From the human T2T-CHM13v2.0 reference genome, Homo sapiens: a DNA stretch of 64,000 bases. The stretch is from the NCBI RefSeq assembly GCF_009914755.1, contig NC_060934.1, one strand, 5' to 3'. Below are positions 23,980 through 36,494 of the stretch, one piece after another. Position 1 is the first letter of the stretch. Every line of letters starts with the position of its first letter. Made by a program: the position numbers and the translations under genes. The notes under the pieces were generated by a model, which worked only from the letters and a program-made list of their open reading frames with translations, was not told the origin of the DNA and ran no database searches.

Positions 23980-25759
23980 GAAGTTGTGAATACTGAAACA
24001 GAAGAGAATTATTTTAGGTACTTCAATATTTATTTCTGATTTCTTGTCTCTGGCCAAAAGAAAGAGAGGGGGAGTTAAAACTGAAGTGAATTTAGTCCTT
24101 TATCATTATTCAACAAATTCAGTGAACAGAAAAATATAATGGATTTTCTAGGAATAGCTTCTGTTATTTTAGAAATGCTGAAAGTAGATTAAAAGCTGCA
24201 TAGTTATTGACCTAAAAATATCCACTGCTAGAATTTTTCTTTCATTATTCAGAAGCAAATGCTTTGCTAAAAACCTATAAATAAAAGTACTGATGTTTTT
24301 AAGTATGTTTGAAGAACTCACTTTTGGAACAATTGCATCAATCCAAGATAATGTTAATCTACTGGAAAAAATTACAGACCATGTTTATTGGATATTTAAC
24401 TCTGTGTGGAAAGTAATTTCTTATTCATCTCTCTGCTCCTTCTTACATCTAATAGTGTTTAGCCCATAAGAGTCGATGATAAATATTTATTGTATGTCTG
24501 CATAAAATACAGACATAAAATGTCTGTTTAAAATTAATTTTAAGTCAGTTTTCTCATAGAAAAACTGTGGTTTAGCATATTGTTAACTTAAGCAGGTATT
24601 GACATAATAGTTATTGAACTTAAACTTTACTATTTTTTTAATGAAAAATATTTTGTATAAATTCACTTATACAACTGTTATTGTACCCTCTGACTTTTTT
24701 TGGAAGAAGTAAAAATTATATTATGCAAGGAAATTTTTGACAGAATATAAGGGACAGATAAATTCAAAGTGTTTTTTATTTTCACAATTGCATTCAGTTT
24801 TATTTTCCATTTTAATAATATATTTTCATAAACAGGGACAAATGAATCATAAAAAGTAAACAAATTGCAGCCTACTAGTGGCACTGATGCTTTCCCACAG
24901 ATTCTTAGGTTAAGTCTGTAAAGAAATAAAATCATTAATTTGAAATGTTTCCAGGTTATTTGTGCCCCAAACTTAATAGTGAAAAAAAGTATACCCAGAT
25001 TTGCCTTTACATTTGCATTATGGATACTGTTTTTTTTAAAATGTTGACTTCACAGTAATTCACAGCCTATAGTCCACTAATTGTGACATACATAATTAAT
25101 ATTTGTTGGATTAAATTTCACTGTTCATTAACATGACTTTGAGTAAGAAGGCTGACCTAGTAAATTTCCACAATAAACGATGTTAATATTACCAGTAAAT
25201 TCTAGTTAAGTTCCATGCAAAAGCTGTTTTTTTATCTCAAGCAACCTGAGTTATCAAAATATCTAACCCTCATGTATTTTAAGTATTGTTCTGGAGATTC
25301 ATCAATTTAATCAAAGCTATTGCTTCAGTCCTGATAAGTAGTCTTGTAAAAGACGCTAAAGTACTGTACAGATTTATAATCAGCAAAAACCGACAAACAC
25401 ATGCAATATATTGGACAATGTGCCCCAAATATTTTATTACTCTATTTATTATATTTTCCAATGAGTTGTAGAATATAGTTTACAAATCATTACACTGACT
25501 ATTAGCACATTATGAGCCTTCAACATATTCCATTACACATGAAGAGAAAACTGAAGTCTTAAGATGAATGCAAAAACATACTTAAAACAATAGCTCTAGA
25601 GGAAGATATATGGTTTATAATTCTTCATATAGTCTACCTGATGGCAAAAAAAAATCTTAAATCAATAAAAAATTTACTGGTCTTATACTTTCTTTGTGCC
25701 CAGTGTATATAATCTCTCATTCTCTTAATATATATGTGAACTCACAACTGATTCTACAC

Positions 25760-26790
25760 TCAATATGTTGTGATATTTTGTTTTGGTTTAATATGTGAAG
25801 AAAATCTGGACTCACATAGACATGTAATTGAAAAAGGGAGGAGTATTTTAATAGCCTTATGATTGGTGCAGTTAGTCCAATTTGATGTTACACCCAGCTT
25901 TACAAACAGTAGTTTCTTAAAGATTAGTTGCAATTTGGAATGAAAATTGTATCAATGAACTTCTCATAATCTGTTTAATTTCACTGATATATCTTAGATA
26001 TAAAGTGAATTTTTGGTAAGGTCACTGATCATTTGAAAAATTATCAGTTTACTGGGTTGTGTAGATTTCACAAAAGTTGATACCCTTAACTAGGCTAAAT
26101 GTTAATAATCACATGTTAATATCACCATTGAGCTCATCAGAAACATTTTCTTGTATTGAGAAACTGTCAAGCTCATAATGGTGGATAAAAGTTTTGCAAA
26201 ATTCTGTTTCTCTTGAAATTAAAATTTCATTATTTGCAACACACACTGTTAGTTGTTTTCCTTTAAGTAAACAGTTCTGTTCCTTAACTTCGTAACACTA
26301 AATTCTGAATAACAATACTTTGACGGTCATTCTTTCAAGTGGAAATGGTGTTTAGTATCAACAGATAGCTACATCAGCTCACGAGTCAAACAACTGCACA
26401 ATTATTTTTCTTGATACAATCTTCATACTTGGATGGGCAGCAGAAATGCACTTTATATATATTTCTCATTTTCATCATATAGAATATAAAAAGACATGTT
26501 TTCAAATTAAAAGATTTAATAAAATTAATAATTTTCGAAGACATTCTTAGGTGAAACAGGTATTTTTTTTCACATGTGTGGCGGGAAAAATTATTTGGTA
26601 TCACTGCCTCAATTCCTGATAACACATCAATGATTTTACATATCACTGCTTTTGTATCATGAATTCAAATGCATACACAGTGAGAAAGGCAAATACTTTC
26701 TTAGCATTATTAAGAAAAAGTTTTTTATTGGACCAGCTGAGAGGGTTACAGTGAAATTTGGAGCCAAAAATCACAGCTTAATAACTATTG
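25760..26790 (-). mobile_element. Charlie1 (Charlie1a-like) hAT DNA transposon fragment
   Basis: AAAGGGAGGAGTATTTTAATAGCC, GAAACTGTCAAGCTCA...GTGGATAAAAGTTTT and CACAGTGAGAAAGGCAAATA match antisense Charlie1. Confidence 0.75.
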
Positions 26791-27198
26791 TTCTAAATAT
26801 ATCTAACCAAAAACTGATAGCGTTCTGTGGAATAGAATACAAAGTAACTGTAACTGCAAAATCTTCCATATGTGCAACAAGAAAAGATTTTGTATGAGAG
26901 ACTTTTGCTTTCTGGGAGAATCCTGCTTGTTCAAGATATGTTGGAGGTTACATCTTATTTATGAATTAAATACAGGCCATTTGTTTCTTATTTTGTCTTG
27001 AAGCTTACAGGTTCTTTTACATTTCCATTCACCCCCACTGCCTTTTAAAAGAACATCAGAATGATAGATATTCAGAGTTCTTATTGTAGCTTACACAAAA
27101 CAGAAGAAATTATATTTGGAGTAAAAATAAAGAACCTTTACTTTCACCTTTATATTTAAAGCCTCTCAACTCAGGAGATACAGTGTGGAAGATCTTAT

Positions 27199-27889
27199 TG
27201 AAACCACCTTTGCAAAAATTATAACTGAGAAAACTATGACAATGAAAGAGATCTACCTGATTCCATCTTGCTTCTAACCTCTACGCTCTCCTAATTTATA
27301 CCTGGGTTTAGGCAGAACTATTTTTTGGAGGAACTTAGTTTATAGTTTAACTTTGGAACAAAGATGATCACAGCCTCATCCCAAAACAAACTCCCTTCCT
27401 GCCTGGAGGCTAGATTGCCTTTGTGGGACTAACAAATTAGCTACAAGATTAGAGATTATGATTTAGGAGTCATGCATCTGGAGGCTACAAGATGCTGAAC
27501 CTCCCCAAATTGCTTCTGGGGATAACATTACTTTTGTAAAACCTGAGATCAGTGCTTGAGATATTTTACAGACACTGTACTTGATGGCTTATTTGGTCTT
27601 GTGGCCCCCACCCAGGAATTGACTCAGTGCAAGAGGACAGCTGGGACTCCCAATGATTTCATCTCTCACCGCACCAGTCAGCACTCCCCACTGTCCAACC
27701 CCTGCCACCAAATTATCCTTGAAAACCTCGATCCCCAGGTTTTCAGGGAGACTGATTTACGTAATAATAAAGCTCTGGTCTCCTGCACAGCTGGCTCTGT
27801 ATGAATTAAACTCTTTATTACAATTCCCCTGTCTTGATAAATCGGCTCTGTCTAGGCAGAGGGCAAGGAAGACCCCTTGGGCAGTTACA
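27199..27889 (+). mobile_element. Solo LTR8-family LTR (ERV1)
   Basis: Begins TGAAACCACCTTTGCAAAAATTATAACTGAG and ends GCAGTTACA; perfect 4-bp TSD TTAT (27195-27198 / 27890-27893). Confidence 0.88.
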
Positions 27890-28041
27890 TTATCTCTTTT
27901 CTTCTTAGAACATAAGTCTTTCTCCATTGTATTGAAAGGTCATTAAGAGTCTGTTCAAATAACTCATATGTGAAATATGACAAGAATTCCATACTAATAT
28001 AATGTTATCCAGTAATATTTACAGCAAAGTTACTATTTATG

Positions 28042-28125
28042 CAGTGTTTTGCTGGAGCCAATTTATAATGGCACACAAGAGTCAACTGTGCACCTCTCTT
28101 CCCAATGCTACATTCGATGATGTCA
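28042..28125 (+). mobile_element. MER63-like hAT-Blackjack terminus
   Basis: CAGTGTTTTGCTGGAGCC...GTGCACCTCTCTTCCCAA...GATGATGTCA. Confidence 0.55.
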
Positions 28126-28944
28126 TCAAAATAAAGCTGAGATTTGCCAAACTCATTGTCAATCAGAGTTTGCCTAAGGAGGTATTTCTAAGAATAAAAC
28201 ATAATTGAGTCCCGAAAAGATATGTAAAATATTCATTTTTAATGATACTGCTGCTGTTACTGACAATAGTAATTATATTTATTTTTTGGCCAAAAAATTT
28301 AATTATAAACTTTTGCCAAATTGTCTTTGTCAATTAATAAAGTTTAAAATTTATCAAGTATTTCTTCTACTGTGTTTGGAAAAATTCCCTGGATCTCTAT
28401 TGAGCTTACTTTGAATAATAAAAAAAAAACTCTTATTTTAATATGAGGAAATCTTCCAGTGCTGACTTTGCCCTGTATCAGACATATATTCTTAAAATAA
28501 AGACTAAATATTTTATGTAAGCATTTTAGCAAATGTTTCCAGTACTTTGGATGGCATCATGTATATATATTAGATAATATTTACTTAAGGATGCCAATAT
28601 AAAAAAAACTAGATCTTTAGCAAAAACCCAACTCAATATAGAGTTATCCTTGTGTTTAGTTGAAATAAATTTTTGACTTTTTAGCAAAAATAATTTCCAT
28701 ATCTTCAATAATTTTGTTAAGAAGTATTAAAAAACCTGTGAGAGACTGGTTTAAAGTTAATATGATGAAAAAATAGATAAACCTCATGAAATAGAGCTAC
28801 ATGAGAAAATAGCACCCAGCACAGTTCCAGTGGTCAATCTATCAATGTTAATTAAGAGAAGTTCTGCCTGGGTCTAAAGAACAGGAAAGAAAATGAGAAA
28901 TGTGGTCAGTAAAACAACAGCAAGAAAAGAAAGAGGGCTTGGTT

Positions 28945-29110
28945 AGATGTCAAGATACCCTTCTGGTTTTCAGCCCAGTTCTGCCACTAACTAGCTGTGT
29001 CCCTTACTCTTATGGAATGTGTTTCTTTGGGCCCTTGTTGGCTTAAATGTACAGTGAGAGAAATTAATTGGTCTGCTTTAAATTTCTTACATTTCTAAAA
29101 CTTACAGTAT
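28945..29110 (+). mobile_element. MIR relic
   Basis: CCCAGTTCTGCCACTAACTAGCTGTGT is the MIR core. Confidence 0.6.
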
Positions 29111-29515
29111 GATTAAGGACATAGGATAATCAAGGAGATTTATATATATATATTTATATATATAATCCAACAACTACTGCATGATATATATATAGAGTTT
29201 GAACCATGAGTTTTGATCAGATTAGTTCAGCTGTGATGATAAGTTTATAAAACTGCCTAAACAAAACAATTTCCTCTCTCGTTTCTGCTCAGAACATGGC
29301 AACTGCAGAAAACCCATGGTCAGTTTCATAGTAAATTATGAGATTGTGACACTTCTGCCAAAAGGGATAACACAGATTCCAAAACCTCTAGAAATTTTTA
29401 AGGTATTTCCACAGGTTTCAGAAAACCAAAACAAAGCAAGAATATTTATTACAACATATGATTTTGGTAAATGTGTTTTTTCTCTTTCATATATAATGTT
29501 GAAAACATATCATGC

Positions 29516-29805
29516 GGCTGGGTGCGGTGGCTCACGCCTGTAATCCCAGCGCTTTGGGAGTCCAAGGAGGGTGGATCACCTAAAGTCAGGAGTTCGAGAC
29601 CAGCTTGGCCAACATGGTGAAACCTCATCTCTACTAAAATACAAAAATTAGCCGGGCATGGTGACGGGCAACTGTAATCCCAACTGCAAGGGAGCCTGAG
29701 GCAGGAGAATTGCTTGAACCCAGGAGGCAGAGGTTGTGGTGAGCCAAGATCGTGCCACTGCACTCCAGCCTGGGTGACAGAGTGAGACTCCATCTCAAAA
29801 AAAAC
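29516..29805 (+). mobile_element. Alu, full length (AluSx-like)
   Basis: Both arms; TSD AAACATATCATGC / AAAGATATCATGC. Confidence 0.95.
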
Positions 29806-31284
29806 AAAGATATCATGCATAGCACTAAATACAGTATAAACTAAGACATATTCTTGGCCTGGTGATTAATATTTATAGTGGATGATTATAATCAACTGGT
29901 TCAGAAAGTTTTTAAATTTTTAGAGTATAAGACTTATTGGCTATAAGAAGAAAATAGTAATTTAAAGATGTAAAAATTCTTTTATTAAGACATAAAATAA
30001 AACTACACAAGTAATTGAAAATAATGGGCTATAAAACCAAAGGCGATGATTGACATCAGTGTTACTGATAGCTATATTATAGTGTGATGTACAAATAAAA
30101 ATCACAACTTGGAAACATAGTATCAAATTTCCTCATAAATCATAAGTTGAGAATAAATGTTCTTTAAAGAGGAACTCCAGGCTCAGATGTTAGCTGACCT
30201 GGATTTTAAACTTGACTACCTTCCTTCCAATCATATAATCTTTCATGTCTATCTCTAGTAGTAATAAGGTTAATCTAAAGTAAATGATAATTTTTATGCT
30301 GTGAAATAAATTTTTATTTTATTATATATTTTTCTCTCTTATTCGAACTATATAATAATCATATATCACTTTTAGTAAATACATAATGATAAAATCCAAA
30401 GGAAATACAGCAAGATTTTAAGAAATTATTTATTCTGAACAGTAAGAGTTTGAAGAATTATTGTTCTTTTCTGCATTTTTTGCATTTTAATAATTAAAAT
30501 TCAATTTATTAAAATCATTAATCATGCCATCATTAAAAATAAAAATATATTTAATGCAATTTATACCTTAAGCTCTCTATATATTTTACATTTATCTCAA
30601 CAAATATTTATAACAACTTCAGGCAACTGAAAATGTTATTACTTTCCTTGTATCAATTAAAAAATGCAGGTTGAGAAAGATTACTGTCTTCTCCAAAGTT
30701 GTAAGTGTTACAGATAGGATTAGAACATAGATATGCCTTATTTAGCTCATGACATTTGTAGCCCACATTTCCCATTGAGTAAAGGGACCAATTAGTTCAG
30801 CCAAAACTGCAAATTCAGTTCTCTTCTCTACAACTAGCCTTAGGATTGTGAAAACCATTTTTATTCATGATCCATTTCCAATAAACAGAATATCCTTTTT
30901 CTTTCATTCATGCCTAACATAAATAAAATCAAAGGTGTTTTGGGGAGAACATTGAAAATGAGGATTTCAATATTAACATTGACTGAAATAGATGACAAGA
31001 TCATAGGAAGCATCTAAGTATGTTTTTCTTTATAATGCCTAGAAAAATCAGCACTGGTGGTTTCTGTGTAGAAGTTCAATAATGTTTTATCTCATCTGTA
31101 ATATATAAATAATTATGGTAGAACAAGAAATAGTTTCAGACCAAACCCTATTTTCTAAGATTGCTCTTACACTATGGGATCAATTTATTTGCAAAAGTTT
31201 CTTCTTTTCTTTTTTTTTCCCTCAGGATTATCCTTTCTACTCTCCTACTTTCTGAACTACTTTTCTCCCTCTGTAAGTCTTAAA

Positions 31285-31400
31285 GAAGTTCAATGAGCTA
31301 TAAGTGAACTCAGGTAGACAACTCAACAAAATCAAGAAGACAATACATGAACAAAATGATACTTTGAATAAATAAATATAAACCATAAAAAACTTGAATT
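31285..31400 (+). mobile_element. L1 ORF1 fragment
   Basis: AAGTTCAATGAGCTA...AGACAACTCAACAAAATCAAGAAGACAATACATGAACAAAATGA. Confidence 0.65.
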
Positions 31401-33388
31401 ATTCAGTTCAGTCATAATACATGACTTTAAACTTCAAAACAGTTTGTTATAGTACAGCCAAAATCATTAAAATTGGTCAGCTAAGAAGTATATATTTTTT
31501 CTAGTTCTCTAATGGATAGCTGTACATTATATTCACAACTTACAAAATCTGTCCAGCAAGATAACAGATTAGAAGACACTTAACATTGCTTCCCCCACAA
31601 AGGTATAAGCAGTAACTATTCAAAGACAATAAAACTACCCTGAAGTTACTAGAACTTGAGAGAGAAGCAGAGGAACTGATGGAGCCTGCAGAAATGAGAG
31701 AAGCTGTGACTGATAAATGACGATTTTAGAATCTGCCACCCACTACCCCAAGCCACATAACAGCTCACAGAAAATTTCTATACATTTAGGATGTCTGAGT
31801 TGGAAGAAATTGGAAGTTGAAAATAAACATTCAATTTCCCTATCAGTTGAGGAGGCTTCATGGGAAGTCTACATGGGTCTCATCCCATGGAAAACACTGA
31901 GAGTTCCAGGAGGGCTGAATGACCTGAGTGAACTGAAGATAAAATCAGGAGAGCTGATTGCAGCAACTGTCCTGTGGATCTTGGTAGCTGCTCTGCATTC
32001 TGCTCAGCAGGAATGCCATGCTGAGGAGACTGTCAAGTCTCATAGCACTGCAGAGGTTATGAGCCCTGGAAATGCCTGAGTCCTTTTTTGTGTTTATGTG
32101 GCACCTTCCCCTGACCCAGAAGCAGCTGAAATATTTAGTAAGTTCTGGTGCTCGCAATAAGTCTTTTCCAAATAACAAACAATGGCAGAGCAGTGATTTC
32201 ACTCCAGTGCAGCATTTAAATTCTGATACACACTAAGTCCTCCCCACTCAGGAGTCAAAAGCTGGACAGCAATTAAGTTCTGATATTAAGTTGTAATGAT
32301 CTAAGACCACAAAAAACACCTGCAAAAACAGAAAGAGGTGACCATCTCCTCAAATTCACAGGCATCAATATAAAGATAAAAGGATTAATAAAAATCAGGA
32401 AAATATGACACCAACAAAAGAAATAAACAAAGCTCTATAATGGACACAGAAGAACTGATCTATAAAATGTCTGAATTCCAAATTCAGAATAATCTACTTT
32501 AAAATTTTCAGGGAATCACAATAAAATATAAATAGAAAATTAACTAAAATTTGGAAAACAATCCATAAATACAATGAGATATTTGACAAATAAAGAAACA
32601 TTTTTAAAGCCCAAATAAATCCTAGAAATAAAGAATATAATAACTGAACTGAAAAAACTCAATAGAAAGCTTTTACAGTAGACATAATCAGAGGAAACAG
32701 CTTGAAGACGTATGAAATTAATCAGAGGAGCAAAAAGAAAAAAGAAAAAATATGGTGAAGAAGACCTTCAGGAATTGTGGGACACTATTTAAAGTAAACT
32801 AACCTTCACATAATAGGAGTTTCCGAATGAGAAAAGGGAGAATAGACCTAGAACACATATTTAAGGAAATCATAGCTAAAAACCTCCTAAATCTACATGT
32901 AGAAAACAACATCCACTTACAAGAAACATAGAAGTTACTAATCAAATTAACTCAAAAGGAATTCCCCAACACCCTTCAAATTATGATAAAAAAAATCAAA
33001 GACAAAGAAAGAATACTGAAAAAAAGAAGAGAAAAGAGACATATCACATTAATCAGGGCCCTAATACAGCTTTCATCAGATTCTCAGCAAAAACCCTGCA
33101 GGAAAGGAGAAAATGATATGATATATTCAAAGTAGTGAAGGAGAATAAAAACCTGCCAACCAAGAATATTGTACCAAGCAAAGGTATTCTTCAAACATAA
33201 AGAAAAGATAAAGTCTGCAGATAAACCAAAGCTGAGGGGATTCATCAACACTAGACCTACTAAAATGCTAAAGGAAGTTTTTTAATCTGAAAGAAAAGGA
33301 TGCTAATATGTAAAAAGAAAACATCTTAAGGTATACAACTCATTGGTCATAGTAAGTAAACAAATTCAGGGCACTCAAAAACTAATTG

Positions 33389-33690
33389 GGCCAGGTGTGG
33401 TGGCTCATGCCTGTAATCCCAACACTTTGGGAGATTGAGGTGGGCGTATCACCTGAGGTAAGGAGTTCAAGACCAGCCTGGCCAACATCGTGAAACCCCA
33501 TCTCTACTAAAAATACAAAAATTAGCTGGGCATGGTGGCATGCACCTATGGTCCCAGCTACTTGGAGGCTGAGACACGAGAATCGCTTGAACCCAAGAGG
33601 CGGAGGTTACAGTGAGCTGAGATCATGCCACTGCACTCTACCCTAGGTGAATGAGCGAGACTCTGCCCCCTCCCCTCCAAAAAAAATAAG
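33389..33690 (+). mobile_element. Alu, full length (AluSx-like)
   Basis: GGCCAGGTGTGGTGGCTCATGCC...ATCACCTGAGGT...both arms. Confidence 0.93.
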
Positions 33691-33699
33691 AAACTGTAA

Positions 33700-33894
<195 letters not shown>

Positions 33895-34134
33895 TAATAT
33901 CGCTTTCATCTTTTAGTATCTAAAAGAAAAAAAATTAATGATAATAACAACAATTGTTTAAGAGAAAGAACATGTAAAAAGAAGTAAAATTTACATATCA
34001 AAATCCAAAATTTGGAAAAAGACTGGTTTAAAATGTAAAAACTTATGATAAATACACTAAAAATAAAAAGTGCTGAACCAAAGCATACTAGAGAGAATCA
34101 CTTTACCACAAAAAAGACAGAAAAATGAAAGAAA

Positions 34135-34401
34135 GATAGTTTGCTGAGAACGATGGTTTCCAGCTTCATCCATGTCCCTACAAAGGACATGAACTCATCA
34201 TTTTTTAAGGCTGCATAGTATTCCACACACATCAGGGCCTGTTGTGGGGTGGGGGGAGGGGGGAGGGATAGAATTAGGAGATATACCTAATGTTAAATGA
34301 CGAGTTAATGGGTGCAGCACACCAACATGGCACATGTATACATATGTAACAGACCTGCACATTGTGCACATGTACCCTAAAACTTAAAGCATAATAAAAA
34401 A
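34135..34401 (+). mobile_element. Short L1PA (L1PA4/5-like) with 5' inversion (twin priming)
   Basis: 34135-34225 is antisense L1 3' region; 34226-34401 is sense 3' UTR plus poly(A); flanked by AAAGAAAGA. Confidence 0.9.
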
Positions 34402-36099
34402 AAAGAAAGACTCTCCAAAACAGTTTTAAAAAGTGACAAAATGACAGTAAAGTCTTTACCTAGAAATAATAACCTTGAATATAAATGAATTCACTGATTA
34501 AAATACATAGGGTTGTTTAATGGATTAAGCACACACACAACACACACACAGACATACAAAGCACCCCCACACCCACACCATATGCTGCCTACAGAAACTC
34601 ACTCCATTTATGAAGATACAAATGGACTGAAAGTGAAGAAAAGAAAAAACACATTCTACACAAATGTGCACCCCATAAAAAGCAGGAATAGCTATACTTA
34701 CATAAATAACCTTCAAGTCAAGTACTGTAAAATAAATACAAAGAAGATTATTATGTAATGACGAAGCTGTTATAACATTTGTACATATACATGCACTCAG
34801 CACTGAAGCACCTAAATATATAAAGCGAATACTAACCTAGAGGAAGAGATTGACAGCAGGACAATAATGGTGGAAAACTTTATCACTCCCCTTTTCAGCA
34901 ATGGATGGATGATCCAGAGAGAAAAATCAACAAAGAAACATCAGAGTTCAACTGCACTGTAGATAAAATGAACCTAACAGATATTTACAAAACATTCTAT
35001 CCAACAACTACAAAATACACTTTCTTTTCAAGTGCACATGGAACAGTTTTTAGAATAGACTATGCTGAGTCATAACACAAGTCTTACAAAATTTTCAAAA
35101 ATAAAAATCACATCAAGTACTTTTTCTAAACACAATGAAATAATACCAGAAATCAATAAAACTAGAAATCAATAACAGAAGGAATGGTGGAAGCTTTACA
35201 AATACATGGAAATTAAACAGCACGCTCTTGTATCCCCATTAAGAAAAGAAATTTCTGAAAATTTCTGGAGATAGAAAATGAAAGCCTATGGGATATAGCA
35301 GAAGTATGTCAAAGAGGAAACACTAGAGCAATAAATTCCTACATCAAAAAAGTAAAAAGATATCCAATTAAAAACCATCTGGTGCACTTCAAGGAACTAG
35401 AAAATTTCTAAAAAGCCAAATGCAAAATTAGTAGAAGAAAAGAAATAACAAAGATCACAGCAGAAACAAAAAAAAACAGAGATTTTAAAACAATACAAAA
35501 AAATCCATCAAAGAAAAACAATTTGTTTGAAAATCAAAAGAAATTAGCTACACTAAGAACAAAAGAGAAAAGAGTCAAATAACTAAAATCAGAGAAGAAA
35601 AAAGATATATTACACAGAATTTGTCAACAGAAATACAAAGATCATAAGAGATTTTATGAACAACTATAAATCAAGAAATTTGAAAGCTAGAAAAAATGAA
35701 TCCAGACTGAATTATGAAGAAATAGAAAACCTGAACAAATAAAGAGTAACAAGATTGAATCAGTAATAAAAAAAAAATTCTCCCATCAAAGAGAAGCCTA
35801 GGATCTGACAAATTCACTGCTGAATTCTACCAAACTATCAAATAACTAATACTAATTCTTCTAAAACTACTATGTTAAATTGAAGAAGAAGGAATATGTC
35901 TAACTCAGGCTATCAGGCAAGCATTACCTTGACACCAAAACCAGATAATGACACAACAATAAAAGAAAACTACAGGTTAGTATCTCTGAAACATAGAGGC
36001 AAAAATCCTGAGCAAAATGCTAGCAAACTGAATCCATCAACACATTAAAAGATCACTTACTATGATCAAGTGTGATTCATCATAGGAATTTGAGGATGA

Positions 36100-36494
36100 T
36101 GTGTTAGGCTCTTCTTGCGTTGCTACAAACCAACACCTGAGACTGTGTAATTTATTTTTTAAAAAAGATTTAATTGGCCCTGCAGGGTGTATAAGCCTGG
36201 TTCCAACATCTGCTCAGCTTCTGGGGAAGCCTCAGGGAATATTTACTCATGGTGGTAGACGAAGTGGGAACAGACACATCACATGGTGAAAGCAAGAACA
36301 AGAGAGTGAGTGGGAGGTGCCACACACTTGGAAACAACCAAATCTCATGAGAACTCATTCACAATTACAAGGATAGCACCAGTCAATGAGGAATCCACAT
36401 CTATGATCTAATCACCTTTCACCAGGCCCCACCTCCAACATTAGGAATTACATTTTAATATGAGATTGGGGGGACAAATATCCAACCTATATCA
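36100..36494 (-). mobile_element. MSTA-like MaLR solo LTR
   Basis: TGTGTTAGGC...CACCTGAGACTG...CCAGGCCCCACCTCCAACA...ATCCAACCTATATCA; 5-bp TSD GATGA/GATGG; the L1 is contiguous across it. Confidence 0.9.

Noticed and set aside
29449-29825. Alu-type ORFs here and at 9493, 11178, 42679, 45441, 53005 and 61509
   Set aside because: Typical Alu translations (e.g. LECSG, SWDY, AGITG); no coding evidence
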